From Sulfuricurvum sp. (GTDB taxonomy: Bacteria > Campylobacterota > Campylobacteria > Campylobacterales > Sulfurimonadaceae), in contig JAQULP010000001.1 in NCBI GenBank assembly GCA_028718525.1, forward strand, positions 1,406 through 65,405: a stretch of DNA of 64,000 bases, given 5' to 3'. Both the position numbers and the translations under genes were made by a program. The notes under the pieces were generated by a model that saw nothing but the letters and a program-made list of their open reading frames with translations, did not search any database and was not told where the DNA came from. Within the stretch, counting starts at the first letter, position 1. The number at the start of each line of letters is the position of its first letter. Of this stretch, positions 10,333 to 21,448 are shown piece by piece.

Positions 10333-12840
10333 ATGAGTATAACTGAACAAATAGAAGATTTAATAGAGCGTCGCGCAAGTGATTTTGAAATCTCCAAACT
10401 TTTCAAAACCTATATTTCGGACTACAAAAATTCGCTTCCGGAAATTTTTGAACGCAATCAAGGAAAAGACTTTCTCGTAATCCATACAAAGACACTTGAT
10501 TCTATCATTTCGTTAATGTACAAAACCATTTTACGCCGATTATTTGGGAATTATCTTCCTATGCGCGGTTCCATACCCGTTGTCTTTATTGCGCTTGGCA
10601 GTTACGGCAGAGAACAGCTTTGTGTCCATAGTGATATTGATCTCATGATCGTCTATGAGGAAAATGAGGGGTATAATACCTCCAAAATTATTGAAAAATT
10701 TTTGTATTTGGCTTGGGATGCCGGACTCAAACTCGGGCATCGTGTACACGAAGTTAACGATTTGATGAAAGCTTCCCGTGAAGACATTACCATTAAAACA
10801 GCGATGATGGAATCACGGCTCATCATCGGTTCTCCCTTTACATGGAGTACGGTACAAAACAAACTTACGGCTATTCGTCACGACAATCCGAAAGCGTTTA
10901 TCCTTGCAAAGATAGAAGAAGCTGATCTCCGCCGTAAAAAATTCCCTTTTTCCATGCAACCGAATATTAAAGAAGGGGTTGGCGGGTTACGTGATTCTCA
11001 ACTTCTTTTTTGGATAGCCAAAACACTTTACGGTGTCACTACCCTTAAAGAGCTTACCGGAAAACTGTTTACTGAAGAGCAATATCGAGAATACCGAATT
11101 GCACTTGAGCTGTTATTCCGTGTTCGAAGTGCACTCCATCTTTTATCCAATAAGCAGCAAGACCAGCTTGTACTTGATTTTATGCCACGTATTGCACAAA
11201 TGTTAGGGTTTAGTGACGAACGCCGATTGGTTAGCCGGTTACTGGAAGCTCAATGGAGAATTAACAACTTTACCCAAATCTATGTCAAAAAAATGTCCCG
11301 TATCTATCTATTTGACCCGAAACAGAGCCAAAAACTCAAAAGCGGCAGAGTTCAAAAAGGTTTTTATGCCGTTGAGGGCGTTTTATACGCCTCTTACAAT
11401 CAACCTACACCCTCTATCGATATATTGTTGGAAATGATCTCAAATCTAGAAGACAGAGAGTGGACATTTGATTCGAGTGTTCTCTTTCATTTTACCTATA
11501 CCTTAATCAAACATCCTCTGAGAACCAAAACCTACACCCTCCTTCGCAGGCTGTTTGAACGCCGACATTTTTATGTTATTCTGAAACTATTCTACGATGC
11601 AGGGATTTTACACCAATTGATCGGAGCATTCAAAAAAGTTCTTCATCTGCCACAATTTGACGGCTATCACCATTATCCTGTCGATTTGCATTCGATCAAA
11701 TGTATCGAAGCCCTTGAAAAAATAAACGATCCCTATGTCGAAGCGATTTATACACAGTTGAGTCCGTCGGACAAACTCCTTTTGAAAGCGGTCATTCTTC
11801 TCCATGACACCGGAAAAGGACGTAAACAAGATCATAGTGAAGTGGGTGTAAAACTGATTGTCCCTTTTCTCAAAAATCTTAAACTCACCACCGGACAATT
11901 TGAACGGGGGGCACTGTTGGTCCGCCATCATGTTTTGATGAGCAATGTAGCTTATCGTGAGAATCTTTACAATGAGAAAACCCTGTATCAATTTATGTCA
12001 AAAATAAAAAGTCATGAAAACTTGACACTCCTTTACATCCTGACTTATGCCGATATCAATGGAGTCGGTCCGGGGACCTATACCAGTTTCGGTGCCAATC
12101 TGCTTCATGAACTTTACGAAGCATCTCTCGAAATTGCGTCCCAGAACGATCGTATTACCGATGCTATCAAACGACAGAATAAAGAGAAAAAACTGGTACA
12201 GGATCCTGAATTTTCAAATTTAAGCAAAATCGAACAAAAGAAGGTGCTTTCCATCGAATCGAATCTCTTCTTTTTCAAACACACCCCCAGCGAAATTATC
12301 AATATATCCAAAGAAGCCTTCGGTTGTCAGACGTTCACCTACCAGTTGAATATCGACGGTGGATTGATTATCCATATTTTTCGTCGGATCCCTTTAAATT
12401 TAGGGTATCTTTTAGGCAAACTCAGCTATTTGGATGTCGCGTCAATGGATATTTTTACCCTCTTTGACGGAATCAAGTATTTTAAAATTGAATTTTTGCA
12501 ACGTCCGCTGGAAGGGACCATGGAACAAATCGAAATCATAGTCGAAGAGGCATTTGACATGTCCAAAAAGCTCTCTTTAGCTAAACCGGTTATCAAACCT
12601 CATGAAATTACCCTTGATTGCGACCACTCGATTCACTATGCACAGCTTAATCTGAATACAACCAATCAGCGTGGACTTTTAGCCTATTTCGTTCAATGTT
12701 TTGACGAGGCCAATATTAACATCGCAACCGCAAAAATTCATACCAATAAAAATATGGCACGGGACCATTTCTTAATCGAAAAACAAAACAGAATGTGCGA
12801 TAATGCACGCGAAATTATTAATAAATTATTAGGAGAATAA
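10333..12840 (+). CDS. glnD: GlnD-like [protein-PII] uridylyltransferase/HD-domain protein
   Basis: ALGSYGR...SDIDL NTase motif, PNIKEG.GGLRD, QFDGYHHYPVD.H, LLHDTGKG HD domain, C-terminal ACT-like region. Confidence 0.82.
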   Translation: MSITEQIEDLIERRASDFEISKLFKTYISDYKNSLPEIFERNQGKDFLVIHTKTLDSIISLMYKTILRRLFGNYLPMRGSIPVVFIALGSYGREQLCVHSDIDLMIVYEENEGYNTSKIIEKFLYLAWDAGLKLGHRVHEVNDLMKASREDITIKTAMMESRLIIGSPFTWSTVQNKLTAIRHDNPKAFILAKIEEADLRRKKFPFSMQPNIKEGVGGLRDSQLLFWIAKTLYGVTTLKELTGKLFTEEQYREYRIALELLFRVRSALHLLSNKQQDQLVLDFMPRIAQMLGFSDERRLVSRLLEAQWRINNFTQIYVKKMSRIYLFDPKQSQKLKSGRVQKGFYAVEGVLYASYNQPTPSIDILLEMISNLEDREWTFDSSVLFHFTYTLIKHPLRTKTYTLLRRLFERRHFYVILKLFYDAGILHQLIGAFKKVLHLPQFDGYHHYPVDLHSIKCIEALEKINDPYVEAIYTQLSPSDKLLLKAVILLHDTGKGRKQDHSEVGVKLIVPFLKNLKLTTGQFERGALLVRHHVLMSNVAYRENLYNEKTLYQFMSKIKSHENLTLLYILTYADINGVGPGTYTSFGANLLHELYEASLEIASQNDRITDAIKRQNKEKKLVQDPEFSNLSKIEQKKVLSIESNLFFFKHTPSEIINISKEAFGCQTFTYQLNIDGGLIIHIFRRIPLNLGYLLGKLSYLDVASMDIFTLFDGIKYFKIEFLQRPLEGTMEQIEIIVEEAFDMSKKLSLAKPVIKPHEITLDCDHSIHYAQLNLNTTNQRGLLAYFVQCFDEANINIATAKIHTNKNMARDHFLIEKQNRMCDNAREIINKLLGE

Positions 12841-12843
12841 CGA

Positions 12844-14658
12844 ATGTGCGGTATTGTCGGGTATATCGGAGTAAAACCGGTTAAAAAAATATTAATTGAC
12901 GGACTTCGTGAACTTGAATACCGCGGTTATGATTCCGCCGGTATTGCCGTACTGCAAGAGGGATCTTTTTCTCTTTTTAAAGCGGTCGGCAAACTTATCC
13001 ATCTTGAAGAGAAAGCGCACGATTATGAAAGCAGCGGCTTTGCCATCGGAATCGGGCATACACGCTGGGCGACACACGGAAAACCGACCGAGCTGAATGC
13101 TCATCCCCACATGGGAGCAAACTCTTACGTAGTCCATAACGGCATTATTGAAAATTATCAAGAACTTAAAGCGATGCTTATCCATGAAGGGGCAAATTTC
13201 GTAAGCCAAACGGATACGGAAGTCATCGTCCATTTATTTGAGCATTATCTTAAAAATACACCAACCCCATTTGATGCCTTTAAACAAACGTTGGCGAAGC
13301 TGGAAGGGGCTTATGCAATTTTACTTATTACGGGATCCGCAAGCGATACAATCTTCTTTGCTAAAAACGGTTCTCCGATGATTATCGGAAAAAACAGTGA
13401 CAATGAAACTTTTTTCGGTTCATCGGATGCTGCATTAATCGGAAAGTGTACTGAAGTAATTTATCTGGAAGACGGACAGTACGGATATGCATCGGGTGAA
13501 GTAATCCACCTTTACAATGGAGAAAGCCACGATGTTACACTACGATTTACTCCGCTTTCGGGAAATAAGCTTTCGGCTCAAAAAGAGGGATTCCGATTCT
13601 TCATGGAAAAAGAGATTTATGAACAAAGTCATGTTTTAGCCGATACCCTGATGGGGCGTTTGCGTGATGAACAAATCCATTTTGAAGAGTTAGAAAGCGG
13701 TTTATTCGAAGGGATCAATGAAATCAAACTGTGTGCCTGCGGAACCAGTTATCATGCTGCCTTAACGGCAAGTTATTTATTTCAGCGACACGCTGCTATT
13801 CGGACTTCTGTTGAAATCGCCAGCGAATTTCGTTACCGTGAACCTTATTTGACATCCGATACCCTCTTTATCGTCATCAGTCAAAGCGGTGAAACTGCCG
13901 ATACGCTCGAAAGCCTCAAAATGGCAAAACGTCACGGTCTTAAAACCATGGTTATTTGTAATGTCGACAACTCCTCTATGGTACGTCTTGCTGATGCCTC
14001 TATTCTCACCCGTGCGGGAATCGAAAAAGGGGTCGCGTCTACCAAAGCATTCGCTACCCAAGTATGTGTACTCTGGATGCTAAGCCTTTATCTCGGTGAA
14101 ATCCGTAAAACCTTGGAAGCAACCGAAATACGACGTCAAATCGGATTACTCCGCACTCTCCCTTCCACCGTTACAGTTGATTCCAATATGCATGAACAGC
14201 TCCGTCGACTTTCAAAACGTTACCTCCACGGGCACGGTTTCTTTTTTATCGGACGAGATGTCTTTTTCCCACTCGCACTGGAGGGTGCACTCAAGCTTAA
14301 AGAGATCAGCTACCTCCACGCAGAAGGCTATCCAAGCGGTGAAATGAAACACGGCCCGATCGCGCTTGCCGATCCGGAGCTTTTTACAATCGCCCTGCTT
14401 CCGCAACATAAGCTGTATGATAAAACCAAAAGCAATGTCGAAGAGCTTAGCGCCCGTGATTCCACCATCTGTTCGATAAGCCCACTTGATTTTGACAAAG
14501 CCGACGATCATATTCGCACAAAGCAGCTTGATGATTATATGCTCGAATTTTTTGAGATGATGGTTGTCCTTCAACTTTTATCCATGGAAATTGCCATCCG
14601 TTTAGGAAACGACGTCGATATGCCGAGAAATCTTGCCAAAAGTGTGACGGTTGAATAA
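12844..14658 (+). CDS. glmS: Glutamine--fructose-6-phosphate aminotransferase
   Basis: MCGIVG, EYRGYDSAG, GHTRWATHG, SQSGETADT, EMKHGP and PRNLAKSVTVE. Confidence 0.98.
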   Translation: MCGIVGYIGVKPVKKILIDGLRELEYRGYDSAGIAVLQEGSFSLFKAVGKLIHLEEKAHDYESSGFAIGIGHTRWATHGKPTELNAHPHMGANSYVVHNGIIENYQELKAMLIHEGANFVSQTDTEVIVHLFEHYLKNTPTPFDAFKQTLAKLEGAYAILLITGSASDTIFFAKNGSPMIIGKNSDNETFFGSSDAALIGKCTEVIYLEDGQYGYASGEVIHLYNGESHDVTLRFTPLSGNKLSAQKEGFRFFMEKEIYEQSHVLADTLMGRLRDEQIHFEELESGLFEGINEIKLCACGTSYHAALTASYLFQRHAAIRTSVEIASEFRYREPYLTSDTLFIVISQSGETADTLESLKMAKRHGLKTMVICNVDNSSMVRLADASILTRAGIEKGVASTKAFATQVCVLWMLSLYLGEIRKTLEATEIRRQIGLLRTLPSTVTVDSNMHEQLRRLSKRYLHGHGFFFIGRDVFFPLALEGALKLKEISYLHAEGYPSGEMKHGPIALADPELFTIALLPQHKLYDKTKSNVEELSARDSTICSISPLDFDKADDHIRTKQLDDYMLEFFEMMVVLQLLSMEIAIRLGNDVDMPRNLAKSVTVE

Positions 14659-14752
14659 ACCTTAATGCTTTTTGTGATTTTTCATCTATATTTAAAAGTT
14701 ATTTTGCTATCGTCACTAAATACTCATTTTACTTTCAACTAGGACTCTTATC

Positions 14753-16588
14753 TTGAATACGAATCGAAAAATTTTATTTATCGTTACATTGATGCTTATG
14801 GGACTTGCCGTTGCAACCATAACCAACGTTGCCCTCAATTTCCGTGAATATGGGTACAACAACGCTATCGAAAAATCCAAAATGACGGCTGAAATCGTAC
14901 GTGATGGATTAACGGCTCACATGGTTAACGGCATTATGGATAAACGGGAATTTTTTCTCTCCAATATTGCCAACATTAAAGACGTTCAATCACTCTGGAT
15001 TGTCCGTTCTAACAAAGTTGTTGAACAGCACGGAGAAGGGCTCGACAATGAGCGTCCAAGAGATGCCATTGACAGAAAAGTGCTTAAAGAGGGAGTTATT
15101 GTCCGAGAAATTAGAGAAGATGCCAAAAATGCCGTTTTAAGGGTTACGATACCTTACATCGCTACCGCGTACGGAAACCCGAATTGTCTTTCATGCCACA
15201 ATGCCAAGGAAGGTGACGTATTGGGGGCGATCAGTATGGAATTTAATATCAATGATATTCGTCAAACCGGGGCTATGACCATCGCCAAAATCTTCGCCAT
15301 AAACGTTATTTTTATTATTATTGCACTGTGGGTTACCAACCATTATTTTAAACCCTATATGAAACTTTTTGAAAATCTTCAGCATGGTATTAAACGTGCC
15401 CGAACCGGGGATTTTTCTTTTAGATTCACCACCTCATTAAAAGATGCCGGGAGTGAAGTGGCAGAGCAAATGAATACGCTGTTTCAAAAGATGGAAGAGA
15501 CGTTCGGCGGGATAAAACAAAATTTAAATACCTTTGCGTCCCGTTCAAACATCTCATGCAGTGACCCGCTTAGCTCTGCAACGATCATTATTCAAGAATT
15601 ATCCGATGTCTATAAATTCAAAAAAACCATTGAACTGGATGGGGACAAAGAGACAATATACGGCCGATTTATCTATATTTTAAAAGAAAAATTTGATTTT
15701 TCCCATTTTGCGCTCTATGAGGTAGACAAAAATACCAAAGAACGCAAATTGATTTATATTACTGACCATAAAAGTTTTTGCCTCCCGATAGCCGACCAAA
15801 ATTCAATGGAATGTCGTGCTTATCGTACGGCAAGTGATGTCTATTCAACCGATTTCCCAAATCTTTGTTCCAATTGTGCGGAAGACAAAGAATATTCTTG
15901 TATTCCATTCAATATCAACGATGATTTATCGCTAGTCCTCTCCTATTCGGCAAAAGATAAAAAAACCATTGAAGCAATGAACCTTTTCTTGCCAAGTATC
16001 AAGAATTATTTTGAAGCGGCCAAAGCAGTTATTGAAAGTCGGACGCTTATGGATAAACTCCGTGATTCTTCTTTGCGTGACGGTGCTACACGGCTTTACA
16101 ACCGTCGTTTTTTAGAAGAGTTTATCGATAAAAGTTCAGAGCAAGCGTTACGCTCCAACATTTCCTATGCCATCTTAATGATTGATATCGACTATTTTAA
16201 AATGGTTAACGATACTTACGGTCATGATTCAGGGGATAAAGTAATCAAGCATTTAGCAGATTTACTTCAAGAAAACATTCGAAAAGCAGATTTAGCCATC
16301 CGTTACGGCGGAGAAGAATTCCTTGTTCTTCTTTATAATACTACTCCGGAGGGGGCAACACAGGTTGCTGAGAAAATTCGTATGCGATTCAGCGAGAAAA
16401 AGTTTCAATTCGGCAATGATACCGTTGTAAAAACACTCAGTATCGGAGTAGCACACTTTCCTTCTCAGGCCGACTCTATCTGGAAAGTCATTAAATATGC
16501 CGACCTCGCTCTCTATGAAGGTAAGCACAGCGGTAGAAACCGCGTTATCGAGTTTGAATCAAGTATGCATAGCGGAGATCAATTTTAA
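14753..16588 (+). CDS. Membrane diguanylate cyclase with periplasmic c-heme (CxxCH) sensor, HAMP-like linker and Cys-rich GAF-like domain
   Basis: Two TMs flank a domain ending in PNCLSCH; C-terminal D.ATRLYNRR, MIDIDYFK..ND.YGH..GD, RKAD I-site and RYGGEEF. Confidence 0.9.
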   Translation: MNTNRKILFIVTLMLMGLAVATITNVALNFREYGYNNAIEKSKMTAEIVRDGLTAHMVNGIMDKREFFLSNIANIKDVQSLWIVRSNKVVEQHGEGLDNERPRDAIDRKVLKEGVIVREIREDAKNAVLRVTIPYIATAYGNPNCLSCHNAKEGDVLGAISMEFNINDIRQTGAMTIAKIFAINVIFIIIALWVTNHYFKPYMKLFENLQHGIKRARTGDFSFRFTTSLKDAGSEVAEQMNTLFQKMEETFGGIKQNLNTFASRSNISCSDPLSSATIIIQELSDVYKFKKTIELDGDKETIYGRFIYILKEKFDFSHFALYEVDKNTKERKLIYITDHKSFCLPIADQNSMECRAYRTASDVYSTDFPNLCSNCAEDKEYSCIPFNINDDLSLVLSYSAKDKKTIEAMNLFLPSIKNYFEAAKAVIESRTLMDKLRDSSLRDGATRLYNRRFLEEFIDKSSEQALRSNISYAILMIDIDYFKMVNDTYGHDSGDKVIKHLADLLQENIRKADLAIRYGGEEFLVLLYNTTPEGATQVAEKIRMRFSEKKFQFGNDTVVKTLSIGVAHFPSQADSIWKVIKYADLALYEGKHSGRNRVIEFESSMHSGDQF

Positions 16589-16591
16589 GTT

Positions 16592-16621
16592 TTTCGGTAT
16601 TCTTATCCAAGAAGACCGAAA
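16592..16621. terminator. Hairpin between the convergent GGDEF genes (probable bidirectional terminator)
   Basis: TTTCGGT...ACCGAAA inverted repeat with inner TTCTT/AAGAA pairing. Confidence 0.55.
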
Positions 16622-16666
16622 TTTCTTTCACGCGTTCCTAGCGGATCCTTCAAATTCCAAGCTTTA

Positions 16667-18460
16667 TTAGATAGGCATTGTCCCTTTATCAAAGACCAAA
16701 GAACAATTTCCGGTTTTATGTTTTGCCTCAAGTAATGCACGTTTAGACCATTCAATTGCTTCGATCATGTCATCTGTTTGTTGAGGAAAAAAGGATATAC
16801 CGATGCTTACCGTTTTTAAAATAGCATACGTGTTAATCCGTATTTTCTTTTTAAAACTCAGGCGAATCATCTCCGCCATCTCAACCGTTTGCGCAGCATC
16901 ATAATCATAGAGGACAACTGCAAAAGTATCGATTCCATAACGAATTAAAATATCTCCCGGCTGAAGGCACTCTTGAATATTACGTGCCATAGCTTTAATG
17001 ACTTCATCACCTACCTCTTTGTCATAGGCTTGATTAATAGCATCAAACTGGTCCATATCGATCATTAGAACACCGCAAGGGATAACTTTTCGACGAGACT
17101 GATCATTCATAATTTGGCATAATTCTTCAAGATAAACACGGTTGTACAACTGTGTAAGAGAATCAATACGGACAGTATCTTGCAATTTTTTATTGATTAT
17201 TTGTACTCGTGCAGCATTAATATAATTCCCGAGTTCACCGAATATTGAACGCATTTTAGTTAATTCACGCTCATCATAGCAGACCAAGGAGATAACAATA
17301 TCCAAATCGTCCGTAATAGGATAGTTATGACAAAGATAATGGGCATTAGGATCAATCATTTTCGGACAGCTGCCCTCGTATTCTGTAGAATCTATCTTTC
17401 GGTTTGCACGATCAGCCCGACACCCGCTGGCTGCATCGCACAACAAAACTTTCTCCGAATGGATCATAGATGTCTTCTTGTTCAATGGATTTATTTCAAA
17501 AATATTAAAATCACCCACTCCCCAGCGATTTCTTAATAATGCTGCTATGCGTCCGTATACCTCATCGGTAGTTTGATCTTTCTCTATTGCATTTCGAAAA
17601 TTTTCCACTTCGTACAGTTGATTTATCCCTTTTTGGAGGGTATAAAGCGCATCGCTGTTAGGTTTATCGATTTGAACCAATTTTGTCAACTTATGCGTGC
17701 TATCCTTAAGGGTAGCGTCGAATTTTTCCATTACACTGTTGGTCCACATTAAGGCCGAATAACCATTATTCCCTTCAGAAGGCTTAACTCGATGGCTATA
17801 ATCTCCCTCTTCCGCTTTCTCCATCGCCACGGATACACCTTCTAGGGTATCTTGGTATGACGATACATAACGTCGAACCGATTTAAGAAGGTAAAAAATT
17901 GCCGCTATGAACAAAATGGTTATCAATACAGAAGCGATTAATCCCAGTGTCTTAATATCATTGATCTCTATTTCAATAGAAACTACTCCCAGAACATCAC
18001 CTGCTTTTGCATCATGACAGCTCAAACAATCAATCTTTCCTTTGTCGGTTGCCACATAAGGGATAGTCAAACGGTAAAGTGTATCCGTAAATAAGGCACC
18101 TGAAATAGTTTCTCTCTCATTTCCATCTCGTAATACGTTGCGATCAAGATCATCCCTCGGCTCTTGAGGATGCGTACCGCGCCCGTATTGCCGTACGAGG
18201 CTGTCAGAACGTACTACCCATGTCGCTTTAACCCCATCCACCTTTTCAATTTGCTTCAGCAATTGCTCTTGATACTCCGAGCTTCCGGCTATCATATGCG
18301 ATGTTAAGGCTTCACGAACTATCACTCCGCTTAATTGCGCTCTGCTTTCGGCAGCATGGATCCCTAAATAACGAAAAGTACCCATTAATACAATAATAAA
18401 AAAAACAGTTGTGGCAATAATACGCGTTGTAAGGGTAAAAAAGTTCTTCTCGTTATACAT
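16667..18460 (-). CDS. Paralogous c-heme sensor GGDEF protein with degenerate active site (GIDTF)
   Basis: Same architecture as 14753..16588 (LTSHM, LTIPYVAT..G.IDCLSCH.AK.GDVLG); DSLTQLYNR and IDMDQF retained, but RYGIDTF and no RxxD. Confidence 0.88.
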   Translation of the reverse strand: MYNEKNFFTLTTRIIATTVFFIIVLMGTFRYLGIHAAESRAQLSGVIVREALTSHMIAGSSEYQEQLLKQIEKVDGVKATWVVRSDSLVRQYGRGTHPQEPRDDLDRNVLRDGNERETISGALFTDTLYRLTIPYVATDKGKIDCLSCHDAKAGDVLGVVSIEIEINDIKTLGLIASVLITILFIAAIFYLLKSVRRYVSSYQDTLEGVSVAMEKAEEGDYSHRVKPSEGNNGYSALMWTNSVMEKFDATLKDSTHKLTKLVQIDKPNSDALYTLQKGINQLYEVENFRNAIEKDQTTDEVYGRIAALLRNRWGVGDFNIFEINPLNKKTSMIHSEKVLLCDAASGCRADRANRKIDSTEYEGSCPKMIDPNAHYLCHNYPITDDLDIVISLVCYDERELTKMRSIFGELGNYINAARVQIINKKLQDTVRIDSLTQLYNRVYLEELCQIMNDQSRRKVIPCGVLMIDMDQFDAINQAYDKEVGDEVIKAMARNIQECLQPGDILIRYGIDTFAVVLYDYDAAQTVEMAEMIRLSFKKKIRINTYAILKTVSIGISFFPQQTDDMIEAIEWSKRALLEAKHKTGNCSLVFDKGTMPI

Positions 18461-18571
18461 CTCTATCCAGTTTCATTTATGATTAAGTAAATAGATTGAT
18501 TATACAGAAAAAAAGATTAGAGTTCAGAGTGGAGGGGCCTTCCCCCTAAACAGGGGGGAAAAGATAGTAGA

Positions 18572-19741
18572 TTAATGACAACCGCAACCTGTTCCGCAAC
18601 TACCGCCGCTGGAAGTCTCAGCTTTTGGTGCAGCTGCAGTCGAACATGCTGAGACACCGGGAGGGGTATTGGGTTGAATCGCTTGATTATCTACCCCACC
18701 CTCTTCATTGATTTTTTCAATTGTCGCCCAGAGTTCTTCTGCCGCTTTCATGTACCGTTTGGCTGTTTCTGAAGTCGGAGCATAATAGGTGACCGGTTTA
18801 CCTTCATCTCCGCCGGTACGGATTGCCGGCTCGATCGGAATCTCGGCCAGGATACAGGTATCGAATTGATCCGCCATCGCTTTGGATGTCCCTTTGCCGA
18901 AAATGTCATACTCGACTCCGGTATCCGGCGCAATAAATCCGCTCATATTTTCAACCACACCCGCGATTGGAATGTGAAGTTTTTTGAACATATCGAGACT
19001 TCTGCGTGAATCGTCCAGTGAAACCATTTGAGGGGTTGTTACCGTAACACCTACCGTCACCGGAACGCTTTGAGCCAATGTAAGCTGAGCATCACCCGTA
19101 CCCGGAGGCATATCGATAACCAAACAATCCAAATCTGACCACATAATATCGCGCAAGAACTGCTCAATCGCTTTCATGATCATTGCTCCGCGCCAAATAA
19201 GCGATTGACCCTCTTCCATCAATGAACCCATCGACATCATTTCAATTCCATATGCTTTGATCGGAAGAACTTTATTTCCGACGACTTCAGGCTTAATACC
19301 CTCCACACCAAGCATACGCGGGATATTCGGTCCATAGATATCGGCATCTAACAGACCCACTTTTTTCCCTTGCATTGCCAATGCTACCGCCAAGTTAACG
19401 GATGTCGTCGATTTACCGACTCCCCCTTTACCTGAACTGACCATAATGAAGTTTTTCACCTGAGGGGCAATATTTTTCCCTTTTGATGAACTTTCCCGCG
19501 GCATTTTAGGCGCTTGAATATTGATAATTACATCGCTCGCACCTGCACGTTTTAATTCATCCGTGGCTTCAAGGGTAATTTGATGCGCCACTTCCGGGGC
19601 ACTTGACGTGATATCGACGATTACATTCACACGAGTACCGTCAATTTTAATCTCTTTTACGAATCCGAATGTTACGATGTCTTTTGTAAACCCGGGATAC
19701 GTTACTTTCGATAATGCTGATTTAACAATTTCTTCTGTCAT
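18572..19741 (-). CDS. mrp: Mrp/ApbC/NBP35 Fe-S cluster carrier ATPase
   Basis: N-terminal DUF59-like domain, SGKGGVGKST, DADIYGP, WRG, DMPPGTGD and ENMS; start moved to ATG 19741 (AGGAG RBS). Confidence 0.95.
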   Translation of the reverse strand: MTEEIVKSALSKVTYPGFTKDIVTFGFVKEIKIDGTRVNVIVDITSSAPEVAHQITLEATDELKRAGASDVIINIQAPKMPRESSSKGKNIAPQVKNFIMVSSGKGGVGKSTTSVNLAVALAMQGKKVGLLDADIYGPNIPRMLGVEGIKPEVVGNKVLPIKAYGIEMMSMGSLMEEGQSLIWRGAMIMKAIEQFLRDIMWSDLDCLVIDMPPGTGDAQLTLAQSVPVTVGVTVTTPQMVSLDDSRRSLDMFKKLHIPIAGVVENMSGFIAPDTGVEYDIFGKGTSKAMADQFDTCILAEIPIEPAIRTGGDEGKPVTYYAPTSETAKRYMKAAEELWATIEKINEEGGVDNQAIQPNTPPGVSACSTAAAPKAETSSGGSCGTGCGCH

Positions 19742-19853
19742 TTTAATTAATCTCCTATTAGATTTTCTCTGCCCCCTTAGAGGCAAACGTTTGCCCGTCT
19801 TACCGGGCTTTAAATTCCGGCTCGGCTACAGGAGCAAAACCCCTGTTGTGCCC

Positions 19854-21284
<1,431 letters not shown>

Positions 21285-21448
21285 CTAAAAGGGTCGTATC
21301 TGTTTTAATGTAAATGAAAAATTTCAAGAGGATTTAGGAAAAGACTTCATCAGTCCACTTGATATACTCTTATAATTTATCGCAAACAAGATAAAAAAAA
21401 GCTTTTTAAATGTATAATTTCGTAACAGTTTTCAAAATAGGATACATT

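Noticed and set aside
19775-19810. GGGCAAAC resembling the start of a c-di-GMP-I (GEMM) riboswitch
   Set aside because: No GNRA-capped P2 and no following GACGCAAAG motif; kept only as a generic structured element.
21315-21360. Minus-strand CUGAUGA...GAAA resembling a hammerhead ribozyme core; AUCAAG...GACUG..AUGAAG also loosely resembles SAM-I
   Set aside because: Stem II cannot form (no G-C closing pair, at most 2 bp) and stems I and III are not properly placed; the SAM-I P2/P3/pseudoknot elements are missing.
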